Shown here piece by piece: positions 1-15,647 of a stretch of 64,000 nucleotides of DNA. The notes below the pieces were generated by a model. The model had not been told where the DNA came from and made no database searches. It saw only the letters and a list, made by a program, of their open reading frames with translations. This DNA comes from Eledone cirrhosa (taxonomy: Eukaryota), in NCBI GenBank assembly GCA_964016885.1, contig OZ024741.1, forward strand, positions 288,672,001 through 288,736,000, read 5' to 3'. The position numbers and the translations under genes were made by a program. Positions within the stretch are counted from its first letter, which is position 1, and every line of letters begins with the position of its first letter.

Positions 1-372
1 ATCTTTATATTTGGATAATTTCTCAATTTCATTGTAAGGATCTGTGGCGATTGATACATCAACTCAAAGACATTTTGTCTTTGTGGTCTTTGACTATAAT
101 ATCCGATCGGTTGGCTTTGGCCTCTCTATCTGTGTATATTGGCGTATCCCAGAGTGTGGTTCGTGGCTTTGTCATTTTTCGAAACCTTTTCTGATGTGTG
201 TCTGTACAATTTTTTTCTGGTATTTCGTAGTGTTGGCATGACTTTCAGTTATTCTTGGGCGAATATCTCCTCTATTGGGGAATTCTGTTGTTTTAATTTT
301 TTTTTTTGCCCGATTATATAAATCGCCTCTCTCCTTGTCCATTTGTATTTTCCATTGTTTGTTTTGCAGCAT
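1..372 (-). mobile_element. Decayed Dong/R4-clade non-LTR retrotransposon fragment (restriction-like endonuclease region)
   Basis: Manual minus-strand translation gives 'LWDTPIYTDREAKANRSDIIVKDHK...DVSIATD..EIEKLSKYKD', matching the R4/Dong RLE motif pattern (LWD..I.TD....NRPDI....DV...E.EK..KY). Frameshifted and runs off the window edge. Confidence 0.75.
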
Positions 373-384
373 AAAGTTATAGTC

Positions 385-788
385 CTTTATGTTCTGAATT
401 CAAATCCCATAATAATAGATTTGCTTTTCATCCTTACGGGGTCGCTAAAATAAAGTACCAGTAACAGACTGGTGTCGATTTAATCGACTTTCTCCTTCCC
501 CAAAATTACTGGCCTTGTGCCTATAGTAGAAATCATTATTATCATTATTGCATACAACAATGGCGGTGGATTGGCAAAATCTTTAAGCGTCGGAAAACTG
601 CTTTGCAGTATTTGCTTTTACTCTTTACGTTCGGAGTTCAAATCCCACCGAAGGTAGTTTTGCTTTTCATCCTTATGTGGTTGATAAACTAAAGTAACAG
701 TAAGGCACTGGGATCTATTTCATCGACTTTCCCCTTCCCTTCAAATTACTGGCCTTGTGCCTGCCAAATGTAGAAACAATTATTATTT
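385..788 (+). mobile_element. Two head-to-tail tRNA-derived SINEs (Nin/Deu-type core, long subfamily)
   Basis: B-box GTTCAAATCC at ~635, core TTTCATCCTTACGGGGTCGNTAAAATAAAGTACCAG, and 3' end GGCCTTGTGCC..GTAGAAA(T/C) plus an ATT tail. Units are ~385-548 and ~560-788. Confidence 0.85.
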
Positions 789-793
789 CATAC

Positions 794-861
<68 letters not shown>

Positions 862-1180
862 AAATAAGTGGGCGAAGAAGAAGAAAAAGAATAAAAATAA
901 AAATAAAAATAAAAATAAAAATAAAAATAAAAATAAAAATAAAAATAAAAATAAAAATAAAAATAAAAATAAAAATAAAAATAAAAATAAAAATAAAAAT
1001 AAAAATAAAAATAAAAATAAAAATAAAAATAAAAATAAAAATAAAAATAAAAATAAAAATAAAAAGAAGAAGAAGAAGAAGAAGAAGAAGAAGAAGAAGA
1101 AGAAGAAGAAGAAGAAAAAAAAATGAAAAAGAAGAAGAAGAAGAAGAAGAAGAAGAAGAAGAAGAAGAAGAAGAAGAAGA
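794..1180. repeat. Compound microsatellite (AGT)n, (AAAAAT)n, (AAG)n
   Basis: Directly visible perfect arrays. Confidence 0.98.
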
Positions 1181-1767
1181 ATTCTAACTTTCAGAAATCA
1201 ATCGTTTGCTGTAGAAAGGATGTGATGGTGATGTCGTATTCCTACAACGCTTGTTTAACCATCGAATCGATTTCAATTCCTAAGAGATCCAGTTTTACAC
1301 AAGTCCATAAAAGCTCCCGAGGAAAGTATAGACGACACAACATCCCATCTCCTCTCACACAGCTATAAAATATAAATGATTTATTATTATCATTTATTTT
1401 TTTTCGGTTTATAGACCTCCCTCATGTTTGTATTTTATTATTTCAACTAATAGTGTGGCTATGGAGAAAAGGATATCGGTTATCACATTAGGCTAATATC
1501 AATATATGCTTTGAGCGTCAGTAATGACCACTAAATGCAAGGCTGGAGGAAAACAACGAACAACAACGATCAAAGTTTGAATGTTTTAATAAATAGTAAC
1601 AACAGTAACAAGAATAACATCAACCATAACAACTAGAAAATTGATATACGTAGTGCATACTTACATGCACACATACACACACATTCGGCCACGCACATAC
1701 ACGCACATAAACGCACATACACGCACGAACGATATATACATATAATTTAAGAAGGAAATAAATATGC

Positions 1768-2138
<371 letters not shown>

Positions 2139-2148
2139 CATATATATT

Positions 2149-2196
<48 letters not shown>

Positions 2197-2197
2197 C

Positions 2198-2430
<233 letters not shown>

Positions 2431-2554
2431 CGATTTAAGAGATAAATAAATATGTATAGAAGGTAGATTGTTTGACCTTTCAATCAATCTGTCTGTTTAC
2501 GCACGTATGTATGTATGTATTTAGTTGTATGCATTTATGTATTTGTATACATAC

Positions 2555-2642
<88 letters not shown>

Positions 2643-2704
2643 ATATGCGTTTGTGTGTATACGTATCTCTTTATCTAGATACATGTATATAAGCATATAA
2701 ATAT

Positions 2705-2801
<97 letters not shown>

Positions 2802-3224
2802 TACGTGGATACATTCATACATACATACATACGTAGAAAGACTGACAGACTGACTGACAGTCATATCGTTTGATATCTAATTTGATTGACAAACAGATCA
2901 ATATAATGCTTAGAACGTTGGAAGGATACAAGCAAAAGACCGAGAAAGCCTTTATACATAGTGTTAAGCAAATAAATTACTAGTTTGCCCGATAGAAATT
3001 TGGCGTGGGGTAAGAACTAGAATGTAACATTTAGTAATAGAGGAAAGCTAATGATTGCTAAAATACGGACGGGAATATCTGAAGAATGAAGGAACGAACT
3101 AAATAGGAAGATAAAAAGTAAAACAAACAGTGAAAGAGTTCATAAGAGGGAAAGGTTCATAAAACTAATAGAGGAATGGAAAATTTATTAGACTGAAGTT
3201 TATACTAGAATATTACTTGTGGTT

Positions 3225-3446
3225 AAAGGTCGTGGATTGGTAGAATTTGTAGAGGCAATGGTTAACTACCATTTCAGTATTCTTTACATTCGGAGTTCAA
3301 ATCACGCCAAGGCCAAACCATTTTTGCCTTTCATTCTTCCGGACTCGATAAAATAAAGTACCAGTAATGTACTGGGGTTCATCTATTCAGCTTTTGCCCA
3401 TTCACCCAAATTTACAGGCTTTGTACTTAAATTAAAAATCAATATC
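3225..3446 (+). mobile_element. tRNA-derived SINE (diverged)
   Basis: GGAGTTCAAATC B-box and GCCTTTCATTCTTCCGG..CGATAAAATAAAGTACCAG core. Confidence 0.8.
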
Positions 3447-3482
3447 AGTCATATTCTACTTCTTTGTGGTACCAAAATCCAA

Positions 3483-3722
3483 ATTCCAGGGCTTTCTCAC
3501 TCTTGTTGGAGAAACCCTTCTCTGGTCGACCTCCACCGCTTCATAACCTCTGGCCATAATCGGTTATGTGGAGCCGAGGTACTGGGTCATATCATCGCGC
3601 CATCTGAACTTTGGCCGTCATCAAGTTCTTCTCCTCTGTCTTAGTGTCCAATCTGTCACTCTAATAGTCCACCTGTTGTCTTTGAGACGAGAGACGTGGC
3701 CTGGCCTGCCCATTTATGGCAC
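3483..3722 (-). mobile_element. RTE-clade LINE 3' fragment
   Basis: Minus-strand translation includes 'KWAG...LKDNRWTIRVTDWTLRQRRRT..RPKFRWRDD', the RTE C-terminal signature. Confidence 0.75.
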
Positions 3723-4117
3723 ACTGTAGCATTAAAACTGAAATAAATACGTATAATAAGATTGTAATAAACAAATAAAACTTGTGAATCTGTTCCTTGG
3801 TTTGTCCTAGATAGAGATCGAGACTGAGAGAGAGAGAGGAGGAGAGAGGCAGAGAGAGAGAGAAAGAGAGAGAGAGGGGAAGAGAGAGGGAGATTATGTT
3901 ACTTTTTTTTATCCCTTTTATTCTCTGGTCTTTCCAACATTCTCTCTCTCCTATCTTTACTCTTTCCTGATGAAGCACAAATGTCCGATACATCGAAACA
4001 TTGTTTTTACATTTTTCCACAAGTGTGAAGCAAATAATAATATTAGTCCTCCGTATTTGTCTTTTTTTTTTTAATTTTTATCTATATACACACTGATTTA
4101 AAAAAAAAACTTTTATT

Positions 4118-4492
4118 CATAATTGTTTCTACATTTGGCACAAGGCCAGCAATTATCCCAGTGCATTACTGGTACTTTATTTTATCGATCCCGTAAGGAT
4201 GAAAGGCAAAGTTAACCTTGGTGGGATTTGAACTCAGAATGGCAAGGGCCATAACTCGATGCTAAAAATCATACCGTCCGACCCTCTATCGATACTGCCA
4301 ATCCAATAATTGTTTCTACTTTAGGCACAAGGCCAGCAATTACCCAGTGCATTACTGGTACTTTATTTTATCGACCCCGTAAGGATGAAAGGCAAAGTCA
4401 ACCTCGGCGGGATTTGAACTCAGATCGTAAATGGACGTAAATATGCTGGAAAGCATGGCGTCCGACCCTCTACCGATACTGCCAATCCAATA
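4118..4492 (-). mobile_element. Tandem dimer of tRNA-derived SINE (short subfamily)
   Basis: Two ~185-bp units, each with GGCACAAGGCCAGCAATT...GGTACTTTATTTTATCGA.CCCGTAAGGATGAAAGGCAAAG...GGATTTGAACTC. Confidence 0.9.
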
Positions 4493-4682
4493 ATGAACAA
4501 TTATCTGCATTTGGAACGACTACATTTCAAATTACATGTTTTCTCAATATCTCTTAAGTCAACTAGATGTGTACATTTTGAGGTTCAATATCAAAATCTT
4601 CTATAAGACATCAACAAGTGGCCTGGGGACTCCTTAGCAATAGATTTCAATTCCTCATAAGTGAGCCTATCGTCTTTTGTGT

Positions 4683-4824
4683 GACAACGAATTTTTCAGT
4701 ATAACGAATTTTTTTCAGTCCCCGGCCACACGCTCGATGTGCTAGGTCGATCTTGTTATAAAGAACTTTTCATTACAACAAACATTTTTTTATACCCCAT
4801 GAATTTCGTTATAACGGAATTTCA

Positions 4825-4828
<4 letters not shown>
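4683..4828. mobile_element. Right end of a pogo/Tigger-like MITE
   Basis: Ends in TTCGTTATAACGGAATTTCACTG|TA (reverse CAGTGAAATTCCGTTATAACG) with internal ATAACGAA repeats. The left TIR was not found. Confidence 0.55.
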
Positions 4829-4877
<49 letters not shown>

Positions 4878-4996
4878 ATGCGCCTTGCACTGGAGAAATT
4901 TGTACAAAAAACAGATTTCTACAAATTTCATACTTGACGACCCAATATATATATTACATACATACAGACATACATATATATATACATATATATATA

Positions 4997-6879
<1,883 letters not shown>

Positions 6880-6955
6880 AGCACATATATAAACACGCAC
6901 GCACATATATGTGTATATATATGTTTGTATATATATATATACATACATATATATA

Positions 6956-7858
6956 TGACAGAGTTCTTTGAGATACTGGCTGGAGTGCTCCAGGGAGATA
7001 CATTGACTCCCTACCTTCTTATCATCGTAGTGGACTATTGTATGCGCCTTGCACTGGAGAAACACCAGGACTCTGGCTTTTCTGTAGCACCGGCTCAGAG
7101 TAAGAGAGTGAAGGCGAAAAAGGTATCGGATGCTGAATTTGCCGACGACATAGTTTTGGTGACAAATACAGTGAAGGAGGCAGAGGATTTGATGCAGGAT
7201 GCTGAGACTGTGTCGATGAGTGTGGGGCTGAGAATGAATGAGACTAAAACAAAATATCTGGTAGAGAATGTTGAGAACCCAGAGGGGATCACTAAAGTAG
7301 GCGGGAAGCCGCTAGAATTGGTTGAGGACTTCCTGTATTTGGGAGCAAAGATTGGGAATACGGAAGATGATGTGGTTGAGATCGGTGTGGAAGTCGGACA
7401 TTCGTAAAGACCTGAAAATCCGCCTCTTCATTGATGTAGTGGAGTCTGTGCTGCTGTACGGGTCTGAGACTTGGACACTGACCAAGAAACTCACTCAGAT
7501 GGTGGATGGGTGCTACACGAGAATGTTGAGGATGGCTCTGAACATTATTCAGTATACACAGAGGATGAAAAACTCAGAGCTGTATGGGAGCCTCCCAAAC
7601 GTCAGCTCAAAAGTGACACAGAGGAGACTGAGGTTAGCTGGATATGCTCACCGGCATCCAGAGTTGACATTGCACTCAGTGCTCCTGTGGGAGCCCCTAC
7701 ATGGACGCACTGGAAGGGGAAGACCAAGGTTAACGTATGTTGTTGCCCTAAGGACAGACACTGGTCTGTTGGAGATGCAGGACGTGGCAGCGATGATGAG
7801 GGACAGAGACCGCTGGAGAGAACTCGTCCATGGATGTCGGGAATTTTACCCGCCCTAG
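6956..7858 (+). mobile_element. 5'-truncated RTE/RTEX-like LINE (RT C-terminal half, frameshifted)
   Basis: ORFs 6925-7407 and 7322-7858 contain [35 protein letters not shown] and GRGRP. Both sides are flanked by (TA)n. Confidence 0.92.
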
Positions 7859-7859
7859 A

Positions 7860-7891
<32 letters not shown>

Positions 7892-7896
7892 ATATA

Positions 7897-9955
7897 TAAA
7901 TTAATAAAAACAATGAAATAAAAACAAAGAACAAGTTCTTTATATTAAAAAATTCATCATTTTACGATCGTTTCTAGGATTATATGCGTGTTGGTATGTA
8001 TATCATATAGATCTATGCAAAAATATTACAAATTATCAGAGGAAATATACATACCTTCACATATACATGCTGTCTTCAGGTATAATATAAAAGGTCTGTT
8101 TGGGAACAGGTTTTGAATTGTCCAATAGAAAAGTAGTTAGAGGGTCAAGTTGATAGAATAGTGGTAGTAGAAATTTAAGTTAGGGGTAGAGGAGTGCAGA
8201 CTTATGCTTTGAATGAAAAGAATACTTTGGGGATGAAAAGAGGTCAAGCCAGTGAAGGGTACACGAAAATTTGATGTTATTAAAGAATAATGTTAAAAAC
8301 GAAGGAAAATAAAATTTGAGGGTAAGGGTAGTAGTGAGAAATACCAATCTTATATAAACCACAAGGAATCTAGATTCATAACAGGAAATTAAATTAATTT
8401 ATAGGTATACTTTTAGGTATTAATTTTAGGAAAAGAGAGCTGCAAGAGGGAAATAAAATTATAAAGTTCTCTGTAGTAAAGTACTAATTATAGGTTAACT
8501 AAATTAAAAAAACTAATTATAATAATATGTAAAATATAAGTGTAAGGTGTATATTAATTAGGTTTATAATAAGAGAGTATTGAAGTTTGCTTGAAGCATT
8601 GTGGAACAATAAGTAAATATCTTTAAGTCGTTTGGAAGCCTCGGACAATGCAAATGGGTAAATCTCCGGGTAACAAGGTCCGGTGGTGGAGAGAGAGATG
8701 TAAGTGGGTGTACGTTGAGATGCGTGGTGTGTATATGATGTGTGAGATGTGTAGAATGAAGGGAAGAGTATAAAGGATAAAAATATAAATAACAACACAC
8801 AGAGAGAGTTACCTTGGGAGAGATGTAATAGTCCCTATATATTTCGGATTCACATCCATCAACTGGGGTTTTTTTCCGGGGTGAGGGAAAAGGTTGTCTG
8901 TCGGACAACTCGGAACGCGTCTTTCGCTGTTTGTTGATTTGAATATCTGAGGTTTATAATATTTGAAGGTTCTTCTAATTCTATGATTGCGAGATATAAT
9001 TAATTCCTGTCGCTTATTTAATAGGATATCCTTAGATTTCATGATTTCAAAAAGTTCCTGGGCGCATAACCTACACTCGTATCTTTTATTTGATAAGAGG
9101 TGGCCCCTTTGAGCACACTCCAGGTCAGGTTGTAATCGATATTCTTCTTTCTATAATTATTAATTGTTTCAGCCAAGGATGTTGTATTAGCTAATGCGGC
9201 ATTTTAAAAACTATGTTTGTGGGTATTGAATCTTAATTTAATTGGTTAGACGTAACTCCTATATATATGACAGTTGATCTATTTAAAATTTGATGGTATT
9301 TATGGTTTGGCGGGAAGTTTTTCTCTAGGATAGTAAAAAACTTTTTAGGGATATTATCTTTAATTTGTAGATTAAATGGAGCATTATACCAAGTAATCCG
9401 TCTATTACGGTTTCGATATTGTTTTTTTATATTTATACGATGTATCAGGATGTTTTACTAAGAGAGTTACTATTAGTGAATTTATTATATATAGGTTTAG
9501 TTAGATTAACTGATTTAGGTGTTTTAGTCTGATTATTAGGAATTTTGTTAGTAATATTATTAATGTATATTGGAGTATTAGGGATGAATGGTTTTTTGAA
9601 AGTCATTATATTTTATGTGAGAAGAGGTAGAGAAATTAAGTTTTAGGTTGGTATTTTTGGGTGTAGTATGAGTGGCATTTAGGTGTGGGTTTTTCATTTG
9701 GTGTTTGTTGGTAATATTGGGTTGTATGGTTGAAGTATTATTGGTGCAAGGTATATAGACTAATTTGTTTTATATATATGTATATGTAAATTAATAAAAA
9801 CAATGAAATAAACACAAAGAACAAGTTCTCTATATTAATAAATTCATCATTTTACGATCGTTTCTGGGATGTATATGTGTGTTGGTATGTATATCATATA
9901 GATCTATGTAAAAATATTACAAATTATCAGAGGAAATGTACATACCTTCACATAT
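7897..9955 (-). mobile_element. Decayed Naiad-type Penelope-like element with direct pseudo-LTRs (family C)
   Basis: ~170-bp direct repeats at 7897-8066 and 9787-9955. The minus strand at 9420-9100 reads 'RNRNRRITWYNAPFNLQIKDNIPKKFFTILEKNFPPNHKYHQILNRST..YIGVTS..RFNTHKHSF'. Confidence 0.85.
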
Positions 9956-9963
9956 GTATATGT

Positions 9964-10014
<51 letters not shown>

Positions 10015-10068
10015 ACATCACAGACGCATATATGCATGTATACAAGATAGATAGACCGAGAAAAAAAA

Positions 10069-10100
<32 letters not shown>

Positions 10101-10119
10101 AAAGGAGGGACACACACAC

Positions 10120-10216
<97 letters not shown>

Positions 10217-10462
10217 GAGAGAGAGAGAGTAAGAAACAAATAAACGGGGAAGCAAATCGACTTCTAGGTAGAGAAGCAGCTGGATTTAGATAGCTGGCTG
10301 TCAAAACATATGGCGGTACATCTGAATAGATCGGTAGCAATATAAATGAATTCAAATTGATCTCATATACATGCACAAACATATAGTACATTTATATCTA
10401 TATACACACACATACACACACACATACACACACACATACACACACACTCACTCACTCTTTCT

Positions 10463-10494
<32 letters not shown>

Positions 10495-10658
10495 ATATAT
10501 ATATATATACACACATATATATATATATATGCATGTAGATATACATACGTTTCATATCCATATATACATATATATATATAAATGCACACATATATACATA
10601 GACAAACACAACACACACACATATAAATAAATAAATAAATAAGTATATATATTATATT

Positions 10659-10689
<31 letters not shown>

Positions 10690-10693
10690 TATA

Positions 10694-10750
<57 letters not shown>

Positions 10751-10869
10751 AGAGAGAGAGAGACACAAAGAACGATACAATGTTAAGGTTATTTTTTAAA
10801 CTTCTATGTATACATATACATACATACATATACTATATATATATATATACATATATATACATATATATA

Positions 10870-10902
<33 letters not shown>

Positions 10903-11416
10903 CACTACACAAAGAGAAAGGGGAAATTTGAGTGAAGAGTAATGTAGTAGTTATTACATAAGGAGATTCAAAGCTTTATATGGTGAAAGGGGGGATGGGT
11001 GGGGGAGGATGGGCAAGTTAAAAGTGAAGTGACAGGGTAAACAGATAGAATGAAATATAGACAATGGAAAGATGGATAGCGAGAATGTATAAAAGAAATA
11101 TATTTAAAAGAAAATATAGATAGAATTAAATAGAAGATTGGTGGGAGTGGTGGAGGAAAAGGATAATAAAAGATGGCGGTTAAGATTTCGGAAAAAGTGG
11201 TGGGTCGATATTTTAAGAAAGAGAGAAGAAAAGGGAATAAAAAATATATAAAGATGATGGACGAGAGGAAGATACAAAGGGAGATAAAAATACTAGTAAA
11301 ATTTGAGTGTAACAGAGGCATGTGGCAAGATAAATGTGTGTGTGCTACGTGTATATAAAGTTATATATATATTTAAACATTATATATTCGTATACACACA
11401 CACACACATATATATA

Positions 11417-11495
<79 letters not shown>

Positions 11496-11632
11496 AGTAT
11501 GCATAAATGAAGCCAGTGAAACCAGTAAAAGTATATATATATGGATTTAACGCCTTCATTTATTCGATCATATCGACCCAAGTACTTATTTTTTCAAGCC
11601 TGGAACTTATATTATTGATCTCCTTTTTATTC

Positions 11633-11690
<58 letters not shown>

Positions 11691-11861
11691 ACATATACAT
11701 ACATATATATGTATGTATGTATATATTTATGCATACATGTGTATGTATTGCTGTATAAGTTTAGATCTCTGAGCCTGTCTGCATTTATGTATGTACTTGA
11801 CGGTAAAATATAAAAGAGATCTATGAAATAAGTACCGATCTTGAAAAATAAGTATGTATAT

Positions 11862-11958
11862 ATGACGGGCTTCTGCAGTTTCTGTCGACCAAATTCCACT
11901 CAGAAACCTTCGGTTAACCCAAGGCTATGATAGAAAACATTTGCTCAAATTGACACCC
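11862..11958 (-). mobile_element. Fragment of a second SINE family
   Basis: ACGGGCTTCT..AGTTTC.GTC.ACCAAAT.CCACTCA...AGGCTAT.ATAGAA.ACA.TTGC.CAA resembles a common octopus SINE body, recognised from memory only. Confidence 0.5.
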
Positions 11959-12152
11959 AAGTCGAGCACCTAGAGAGATCTTCGTCTTTGATACAAGAAA
12001 TTCACGTCCTACATGCTATTCGATTACATCAAATTTAGAGTCACATTTTCCCTCAACGGTCGTCCTTCAATTTCTCGATAAAGTGTCTAACAAGTAGAAG
12101 ATTCACCCCTCTCACACGACCCCTCTCTCTTTCTCTCTCTCTCTCTCTCTCA

Positions 12153-12183
<31 letters not shown>

Positions 12184-12209
12184 TCTCTCTCACTCTCTCT
12201 ATCTCACTC

Positions 12210-12246
<37 letters not shown>

Positions 12247-12347
12247 ATATCTATCTATCTATCTATCTATCTACACACACACACATATATATATTTATAT
12301 ATATTTGTATATACATACATATATTATATATACGTATATATATATAT

Positions 12348-12408
<61 letters not shown>

Positions 12409-12412
<4 letters not shown>

Positions 12413-12598
12413 AACAAGTAAGACCCCGACGGCTGAGCTCAAGCCGTTTCGACGGCTAATTCTGTACAGAATTAGCCGTCGAAACGGCTTGAGCTCAGCC
12501 GTCGGGGTCTTACTTGTTCCTATTACCCACTCTACTACCCTAAGTATTGAGTACTTTGGTGCGTTATGGTCCACCTGGTTCCTTACCACATTTCCTTC

Positions 12599-12604
<6 letters not shown>
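12409..12604 (+). mobile_element. PLE-derived fold-back mini-element, family A
   Basis: Palindrome centred at 12465/12466 plus a right-hand tail, inside (TA)n. Confidence 0.8.
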
Positions 12605-12659
<55 letters not shown>

Positions 12660-12925
12660 GTATATAAACAAATATGGAAGCGTTGAGAGAAAAATTATAT
12701 GGAAAATGTAATATGCTCAGGTGCAGAAAATAACTGTAATAAAATCAGTTGCTATAGAATAGAGTAAAGTCCCTAAGAGACGGAAACAGAAGTTACCACC
12801 GGCTGTCTCTACGGGTCTTTATTTTATAGCAACCGACTGTACTTAGAGTTATATTCTACGCCTGGGCATGCTACTTTTTCTATATACTTTATTCTCTCAG
12901 CGCTTCGTCATTTGTATATAATATA
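12660..12925. repeat. Diverged ~125-bp-arm inverted repeat (old fold-back element or MITE)
   Basis: GAAGCGTTGAGAGAA..GCTCAGGTGCAGAA..GTTGCTATAGAATA mirrors TATTTTATAGCAAC..TTCTACGCCTGGGC..TTCTCTCAGCGCTTC. Confidence 0.7.
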
Positions 12926-12964
12926 AGGTCTGAACAAAGCTAATTTCTTCAGACGATGAACAGA

Positions 12965-13085
12965 GGGGGGGGGATATAGGGGAAAAATCGAACCAGTAAC
13001 TTACTATTTATCGACCCAGAGAGGTTGAAAGGCAAAGTTGATCTCGACTGTTTTAGAACTTAAAGCCTAGAGTCCGAACGAATAC
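12965..13085 (-). mobile_element. Diverged tRNA-SINE fragment
   Basis: TATTTTATCGACCC.GAGAGG.TGAAAGGCAAAGT core. Confidence 0.65.
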
Positions 13086-13865
13086 TGAATTCATCGCCTC
13101 AATTTCAACAGGATAGCTTTCTTATTAGTGTTGTGCCCGTGATTGTGGTTTTGACATTAGTGTAAGTTTTTGCAGTTATTGTAATATCACTAAGCAAATC
13201 TTAACTATAATAAAGAAAGGAGTGCAGGACTGCATCCAGAATATAATTTTTTTTATCCGTTTGTAAAATAAGTTGGGTTACTTTGAATAAATAATGAATG
13301 AATATTATGTAATTTATCTGCTAAATTTCGTAGCTTTTGATTAAATATATTTTATTGCTTATTTAAGGATTCACTGCTTTAAAATTTTCAAATGTCAACA
13401 CTTCCAGTTAGCGATCACTTAAATAAACATTCATATATTTCCGTCACTAATTTTCTCCTAATGCAGTTTATATATAATATCGTCTTTTTTAATGTATCAT
13501 GGATTACGTTACTGATTACACAAGACAGTGTAACGCAGTCTTCGTTCAATTTCTGTGTATATTGTCAATTACGATTTTATTTCATGTATCATATCTACAT
13601 GCATATATACTTGCGTATAAACAAATGCAAAGCCCCCCCCCCCCCCCACCGCCACACTCACACTACACATGCTAGCAGAAAACCAGCCGAAGGGTGGTTT
13701 TTCTGCTAGTCTATATAATCTTACAACACTTGACCTCTATGCTGCTCTACACATCTATTTTGATTCTTTACACACTTGATCACGTCAATGACTACAACAT
13801 TCATATACATACGTGTTTATGTATGTATGTATGCATGCATATATGTATGTATGTATGCATATATG

Positions 13866-13897
<32 letters not shown>

Positions 13898-14008
13898 CCC
13901 CTCTCTCTCTCTCTCTCTTTCACACACGCATGTGTATATAGCATATTTGCATACACTTATTTCATCCGCTTAAACCCCTATATTTTTAAGAATAGAAAAG
14001 TAGATTTC

Positions 14009-14275
<267 letters not shown>

Positions 14276-14302
14276 ATATATATATGCAGTATATATATAT
14301 AT

Positions 14303-14367
<65 letters not shown>

Positions 14368-14370
<3 letters not shown>

Positions 14371-14779
14371 GGGTGTGTATGATTGTGTATAGAAGATTAT
14401 ATTAATAAAAGGAATTCCAACTTTGTCTGATTTACTCGTTTTATTTACAATCCTTTAAAATGTATAATGGTATTAGAATGAAATAGTATGGTAGAATATT
14501 AAATGTTAAGTGTTAATTGAACAAGTACTTTCATGCTTTCGCAATCTTCAGGTTCATATTCTGTGGTGACAGTCAAGTTTGCAATTTTAAACAGTTGAAA
14601 ATTGCAAACTTGACTGTCACACAGAATATGAACCTGAAGATTGCGAAAGCATGAAAGTACTTGTTCTATTAACACTTAACATTTAATATTCTACCATACT
14701 ATTTCATTCTAATACCATTATAAATTTTAAAGGATTGTAAATAAAACGAGTAAATCAGACAAAGTTGGAATTCCTTTTA

Positions 14780-14784
<5 letters not shown>
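14368..14784 (-). mobile_element. PLE-derived near-perfect palindrome (family E), ~190-bp arms with a hammerhead on each arm
   Basis: 14399-14590 mirrors 14595-14784 with few mismatches. There is a ~30-bp unpaired tail at 14368-14398 and (TA)n flanks. Confidence 0.85.
14630..14666 (+). ncRNA. Minimal hammerhead ribozyme motif (mirror copy at 14519-14555, minus strand)
   Basis: GAAC-CTGAAGA-tTGC-gaaa-GCAt-GAAA-GTAC-TT-GTTC: stem I GAAC/GTTC, intact core, palindromic stem III and a CUU triplet. Confidence 0.75.
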
Positions 14785-14853
<69 letters not shown>

Positions 14854-14947
14854 CATATACACATATATGTGTGTGTGTGTGTGTGTGAATGTAAATATTT
14901 GCTTGTATATTAATGTTACAATAATGTGTACATAAAGGAAATCACGC

Positions 14948-15025
<78 letters not shown>

Positions 15026-15647
15026 ATGCATGTGTGTGTGCGTATGTATGTTTCTGTATTATCTGTATGATGTCTTGATACACGCTGACATAAAAAAAGA
15101 TACATATGCACAAACACATGCAAAGATTCCCCCTCCCCCCACCACCACACACACACATACACGCGCACACTGACACACAAATACACATACTTCACACACA
15201 CACACAGCACACACCCACCAACACACAAATATACACATTGATGGACAACTACATGGAGAGAACGTCTAAACATTCCGATCGGAAATCTTTAAACATCAAA
15301 GTCAATAACTCACCCTCCATCTAGTTTCAGAACTTTTCACTTTTTTCATAGTCGGCCATTTTGTAATTTCTATTTTTTTCTTTGTTACATATTGTTGTTA
15401 CTATTATTGATGTTTTGTCATTGTAGTTGGTGGTGGTGTTGTTCCTCTTTTTGCCTTCTCTTCCTCCTCCTCGTTCTTTTTGTTGTTGTTCGTTATCGCC
15501 GCCATCATCGTCTTTATCATCACTATCTTCATATTATTATTTTTATTGTACTTTATGTATTCAATTGATTACCTCATCTCGAAACACCATAGAGTGCGGT
15601 TTCGTTGTTGTTTCATACTCTAAGTCTTCATCTCATCCTACGGGATA

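Noticed and set aside
560-650. tRNA gene
   Set aside because: The A/B boxes belong to SINE heads and no cloverleaf can be formed.
3967-4004. Possible hammerheads at 3967-4004 and 44998-45050
   Set aside because: Core fragments are present but stem I/II pairing is poor or GAAA is mutated, so they are too degraded to call.
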